Shown here piece after piece: positions 60,924-64,000 of a stretch of DNA of 64,000 bases. The first letter of the stretch is position 1. Every line of letters starts with the position of its first letter. The stretch comes from a virus (Duplodnaviria; Caudoviricetes). The DNA is taken from the IMG/VR virus record IMGVR_UViG_3300013121_000027, positions 1 through 64,000 of that record; one strand, 5' to 3'. The notes below the pieces were generated by a model that had not been told where the DNA came from, made no database searches, and saw only the letters and a program-made list of their open reading frames with translations. The position numbers were made by a program, and so were the translations under genes.

Positions 60924-61385
60924 ATGGCGGCTGCTTCTTACATTCAAGCATTTATAGATGGCGCGACAAGAAATCAAGGAACTGGTCGTAAGACCGATTC
61001 TGCTTGTGCTTGCGTTATCTATCATAACAGAAAAGAAGTAGTTAGATTTGCAAGACCTATTGGGTCAAGAACTAACAATGCAGCTGAATACGAGGCATTG
61101 ATTCAATGTCTTTTAATTTGCTCTATGAGTGACTTTAATCGTCCCATTATTTATTCTGATTCTGCTGTAGTAGTTAATCATACTAAGGGTATATGGAAGT
61201 GTAGATCTGAAGATCTTCTTCCTTATTACATGACTGTTAAACAACTACAAGAAGAAAATCCATTTGATATAGTTCAAGTTCCAAGAGATAAAGTATGGCT
61301 TCCAGATAGACTTTGTAATGAGGCATTAGATCAATTGGAAGAGCAAAGGAATTTACTTAAATTAATTTCTGTTAGGAATGAGTAA
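60924..61385 (+). CDS. rnhA: Ribonuclease HI family protein
   Basis: FIDGA.RN, TNNAAEYEAL, YSDS, VPR, DRLCN catalytic pattern. Confidence 0.88.
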   Translation: MAAASYIQAFIDGATRNQGTGRKTDSACACVIYHNRKEVVRFARPIGSRTNNAAEYEALIQCLLICSMSDFNRPIIYSDSAVVVNHTKGIWKCRSEDLLPYYMTVKQLQEENPFDIVQVPRDKVWLPDRLCNEALDQLEEQRNLLKLISVRNE

Positions 61386-61390
61386 TTAAT

Positions 61391-62170
61391 ATGAATTATG
61401 ACGATGATGATATCTTTAAGAAAAATGATGACGATATTCTTCAAACATCTTCATTTTCTTCTTCAGAACGCGTAAGAGGTCTTAATGTCCCAGGTTATCT
61501 TCGTGATGCTCTTGAGCGTTATATAAAAGATAATCCTGGTTTTGGAAATTCATTTAAGCAATTTCAAAATAATGAATTTAAGAATATCTATAAAGTTATA
61601 GATCTCTTTTCTTCTGTTCAAAAGATGTTGATTAAATTTGCTCCCGATACTTCTTATGGACCTCTTGCCAGGGCTTTAACTCATGTTCTTGATAGCGCTT
61701 ATGAAGGCGCTATTCAAAGAACCTATAAGGCTATCGTTATAGAGTCTGATCTTATTGCTCTTCATATGAACTTGAATTTCTTGTCTTCAACTCAAGAAGC
61801 TATTATAAATTCAGGACAAGAACTTCATGAAGCTGGTGAAATCTTTTATCAATTTCTCCTTACTTCAATAGAATTAACTATTTTCTGCATTAAACAAAAG
61901 GCGATAGATTACGTCTCCGCTTGTGAAACTTCTAATCTTAAACCAGATACTAATATAATTGAATATGGTTTTCGTAAAGAAGCAGATTTTCCATTTGATG
62001 TAGGAACTAAAGCTTATACTATAGGATATCATTATATTTATGGAGATGTCAGAGATGTTTCCGTAAATTACGAAGCCTCCATACGAAATAACTTCATTAA
62101 GTATTTTGTTCCAATGTTGTATAAAGATGAGGCTAAGGCATATGAGTCAATCTCCGCTAATATTGCCTGA
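61391..62170 (+). CDS. Hypothetical protein
   Basis: Contiguous ORF. Confidence 0.65.
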   Translation: MNYDDDDIFKKNDDDILQTSSFSSSERVRGLNVPGYLRDALERYIKDNPGFGNSFKQFQNNEFKNIYKVIDLFSSVQKMLIKFAPDTSYGPLARALTHVLDSAYEGAIQRTYKAIVIESDLIALHMNLNFLSSTQEAIINSGQELHEAGEIFYQFLLTSIELTIFCIKQKAIDYVSACETSNLKPDTNIIEYGFRKEADFPFDVGTKAYTIGYHYIYGDVRDVSVNYEASIRNNFIKYFVPMLYKDEAKAYESISANIA

Positions 62171-62630
62171 AGAACGAATCCAAGGTACTTATCCGGAATT
62201 TCAAAAAGAAATAAAACAACGTTCAATTGAATGTCAAATAGCATTAGATAATGATGCAGCTTGCCGACGACAAGGGCTTCATCCGTATTTTCTAAATCCA
62301 GCTAAAGCTCAATTTGTTATTCAAACTTTCTGTAAGGAATGTTTGGTTCGACAATATTGTTTAGATCTTGCCTTAATAGATCAAATAGAACCTGGAACTT
62401 GGGGTGGCTTTGATGAATTTTATAGAAAAGGAATTCTTACTGCCACAAGACGAGAATTTTGCGCTAAAAACCCAGACGTAAGTCCATCTATTCTTCCATC
62501 TCATCATCCTGATTTTTGGAATCTACTTCAGCTTAGATTTACTCAGGCTGCTAAAAGTCCTAAAAGACTTTATACCAAGCTTGGAATACCTCTTAGAAAA
62601 AGTAAAGATAAGAATTATTTAGCTCTTTAA
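62142..62630 (+). CDS. whiB: WhiB-family transcription factor
   Basis: AAC...F...CKECLVRQYCLDLAL...GTWGG (four Cys plus GxWGG). Confidence 0.85.
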   Translation: MSQSPLILPEERIQGTYPEFQKEIKQRSIECQIALDNDAACRRQGLHPYFLNPAKAQFVIQTFCKECLVRQYCLDLALIDQIEPGTWGGFDEFYRKGILTATRREFCAKNPDVSPSILPSHHPDFWNLLQLRFTQAAKSPKRLYTKLGIPLRKSKDKNYLAL

Positions 62631-62932
62631 TACAATAAGATACGATACATAGTCATTTAACTTCAATCGAAAGACTCCATGTACGTGTCCTCAAATCAAT
62701 CATTATATAAGGCTATCTATTTTCAAATTTCGAAACATATTGATAATCTTACAGAAAAAATTTTCATCACTAATAATTTAAAATTTCTGGATTTACAAGT
62801 AACGCAACGACTCATAAGAGTTTTTACGTCTTTGTTATCTTTCTTGGCTACTTTGTATGAATTTGTATATTACTGCATTTCAATGCGATTTACCCAATTG
62901 ATTGTCTAACAACTTTTAAGGAGTTCTTCTGC

Positions 62933-63337
62933 ATGTTTGACATTGAGAATATATCTACAGGCATTGACAAGCCGGTTGATCCAGCTGATAAAGATTTTAA
63001 GTTTTCTTTTCAAGTTGGATCTCATCCCGATTTTCTATCTCAAAAAATAGATTACCGCAATGCTTTAGCAAGTAGATTAGAGCGTTTGATCACGGAACCT
63101 ACTGTAGATGGTCATCCCTATATTCAATACTTGTTTAAAAATATTGAGCGTCCAACCTCAGAAGAACTCCTTATTTTATCTAAGGCTTTAGAACGTATTA
63201 GCCAACTTATTGAACCTTTTAGAAAGCTTGATGAAGAAGTAAAGGGATTGGTATGGGCAAGAGAAAATGCAAAGTTAGTTGCGTGTGCTTTTGGAGATTT
63301 TCCAGTCCCTGACATTCAAGATTTTCTTAACCCCTGA
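62933..63337 (+). CDS. Hypothetical protein
   Basis: AAGGAG RBS. Confidence 0.65.
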   Translation: MFDIENISTGIDKPVDPADKDFKFSFQVGSHPDFLSQKIDYRNALASRLERLITEPTVDGHPYIQYLFKNIERPTSEELLILSKALERISQLIEPFRKLDEEVKGLVWARENAKLVACAFGDFPVPDIQDFLNP

Positions 63338-63348
63338 AATTATACTGT

Positions 63349-64000
63349 ATGAAATATGTAATAGATACCGAAAATAAAACCGTTATAGGTCCATTATCTA
63401 ATCTTGAAAAAGCTGCCGATACTTTTTCTTTTCCTGTTGCGAAACTAATTGAAAATGCATCTGCTCTTGCTCGAATTGAAACTGGTCTTCTTCCAGTCCA
63501 AGGCTCTGGACTCGTTTCTTATCGAGCAGCTGCTGAGCATGAACAAATTGTGATTCAATTAGAACCTGGTATTTATACTGTAAAATGGGGACAAAGAGAA
63601 CGCGATGTCAATGCTCAGCTTTTTAGCTTAGCAATGCCTTATCGTATAATTATTGCTGATTTTTATAAAAATGAATTTTTGGGTTCCCGTCATTTCTTTT
63701 CTATGACTCCAGCTTACTCTTGGGATCTTCAACTCTATGTAACTGGATTCTCCAATACAAATAATCTCGGCTATGCCGATACTTCTATTGGTTGGATTTG
63801 TCATTATCATAATAATGCGGGTAAAGAATGTAAAAATCTTAGTGAAAAGATTGACTATGTAATAGATCGTGAATCTGGATTAGGCGAGCCATATAACTAT
63901 AATAATATGAGCGAAACCGATGGTCCTAAATTCTATAGCAAGTTTATGCCCACTAAAACTCATTTTCATAATGCAAGTCATTGGGCGAATAAAACTTCTA
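63349..64000 (+). CDS. Partial ORF running off the window, Prok-E2_D-like
   Basis: MKYVID...TGLLP...LAMPYRIII...LYVTGFSNTN...GWICHY; absent from the ORF track because it has no stop. Confidence 0.5.
   Translation, partial: MKYVIDTENKTVIGPLSNLEKAADTFSFPVAKLIENASALARIETGLLPVQGSGLVSYRAAAEHEQIVIQLEPGIYTVKWGQRERDVNAQLFSLAMPYRIIIADFYKNEFLGSRHFFSMTPAYSWDLQLYVTGFSNTNNLGYADTSIGWICHYHNNAGKECKNLSEKIDYVIDRESGLGEPYNYNNMSETDGPKFYSKFMPTKTHFHNASHWANKTS

Overview
A 64-kb segment of a large, AT-rich dsDNA phage, almost all transcribed from the + strand. The host is most likely actinobacterial (WhiB, DUF3039 and DUF1876 homologues, leaderless promoters, a perfect parS). The window has no clear virion module. 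It holds early and accessory genes, many small hypothetical ORFs, 11 canonical-looking tRNAs plus several broken or non-canonical ones, and at least nine homing-type endonuclease genes or remnants (HNH, EndoVII, GIY-YIG). It also has a J-domain kinase/vWA/PurA-like operon, ADP-ribose-related enzymes (NADAR, macrodomain), SRAP, Fic, Pth2, ParB, RNase HI and E2-like proteins. Four observations stand out. (1) An 873-aa protein (33951-36572) carries the motifs of the cellular RdRP/YonO two-barrel RNA polymerases, but with a DLDD catalytic loop and an apparently rearranged catalytic barrel; a strand-specific AAAAAGAGGGG motif repeated before early genes and RNAs may be its promoter. (2) Endonuclease cassettes repeatedly break a tRNA (or a gene start) and carry a diverged replacement copy. 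(3) There is a D-arm-less tRNA-Ile(UAU)-like RNA. (4) About a dozen intergenic RNA domains are closed by long stems. All protein assignments are by-eye motif recognition; no searches were run.
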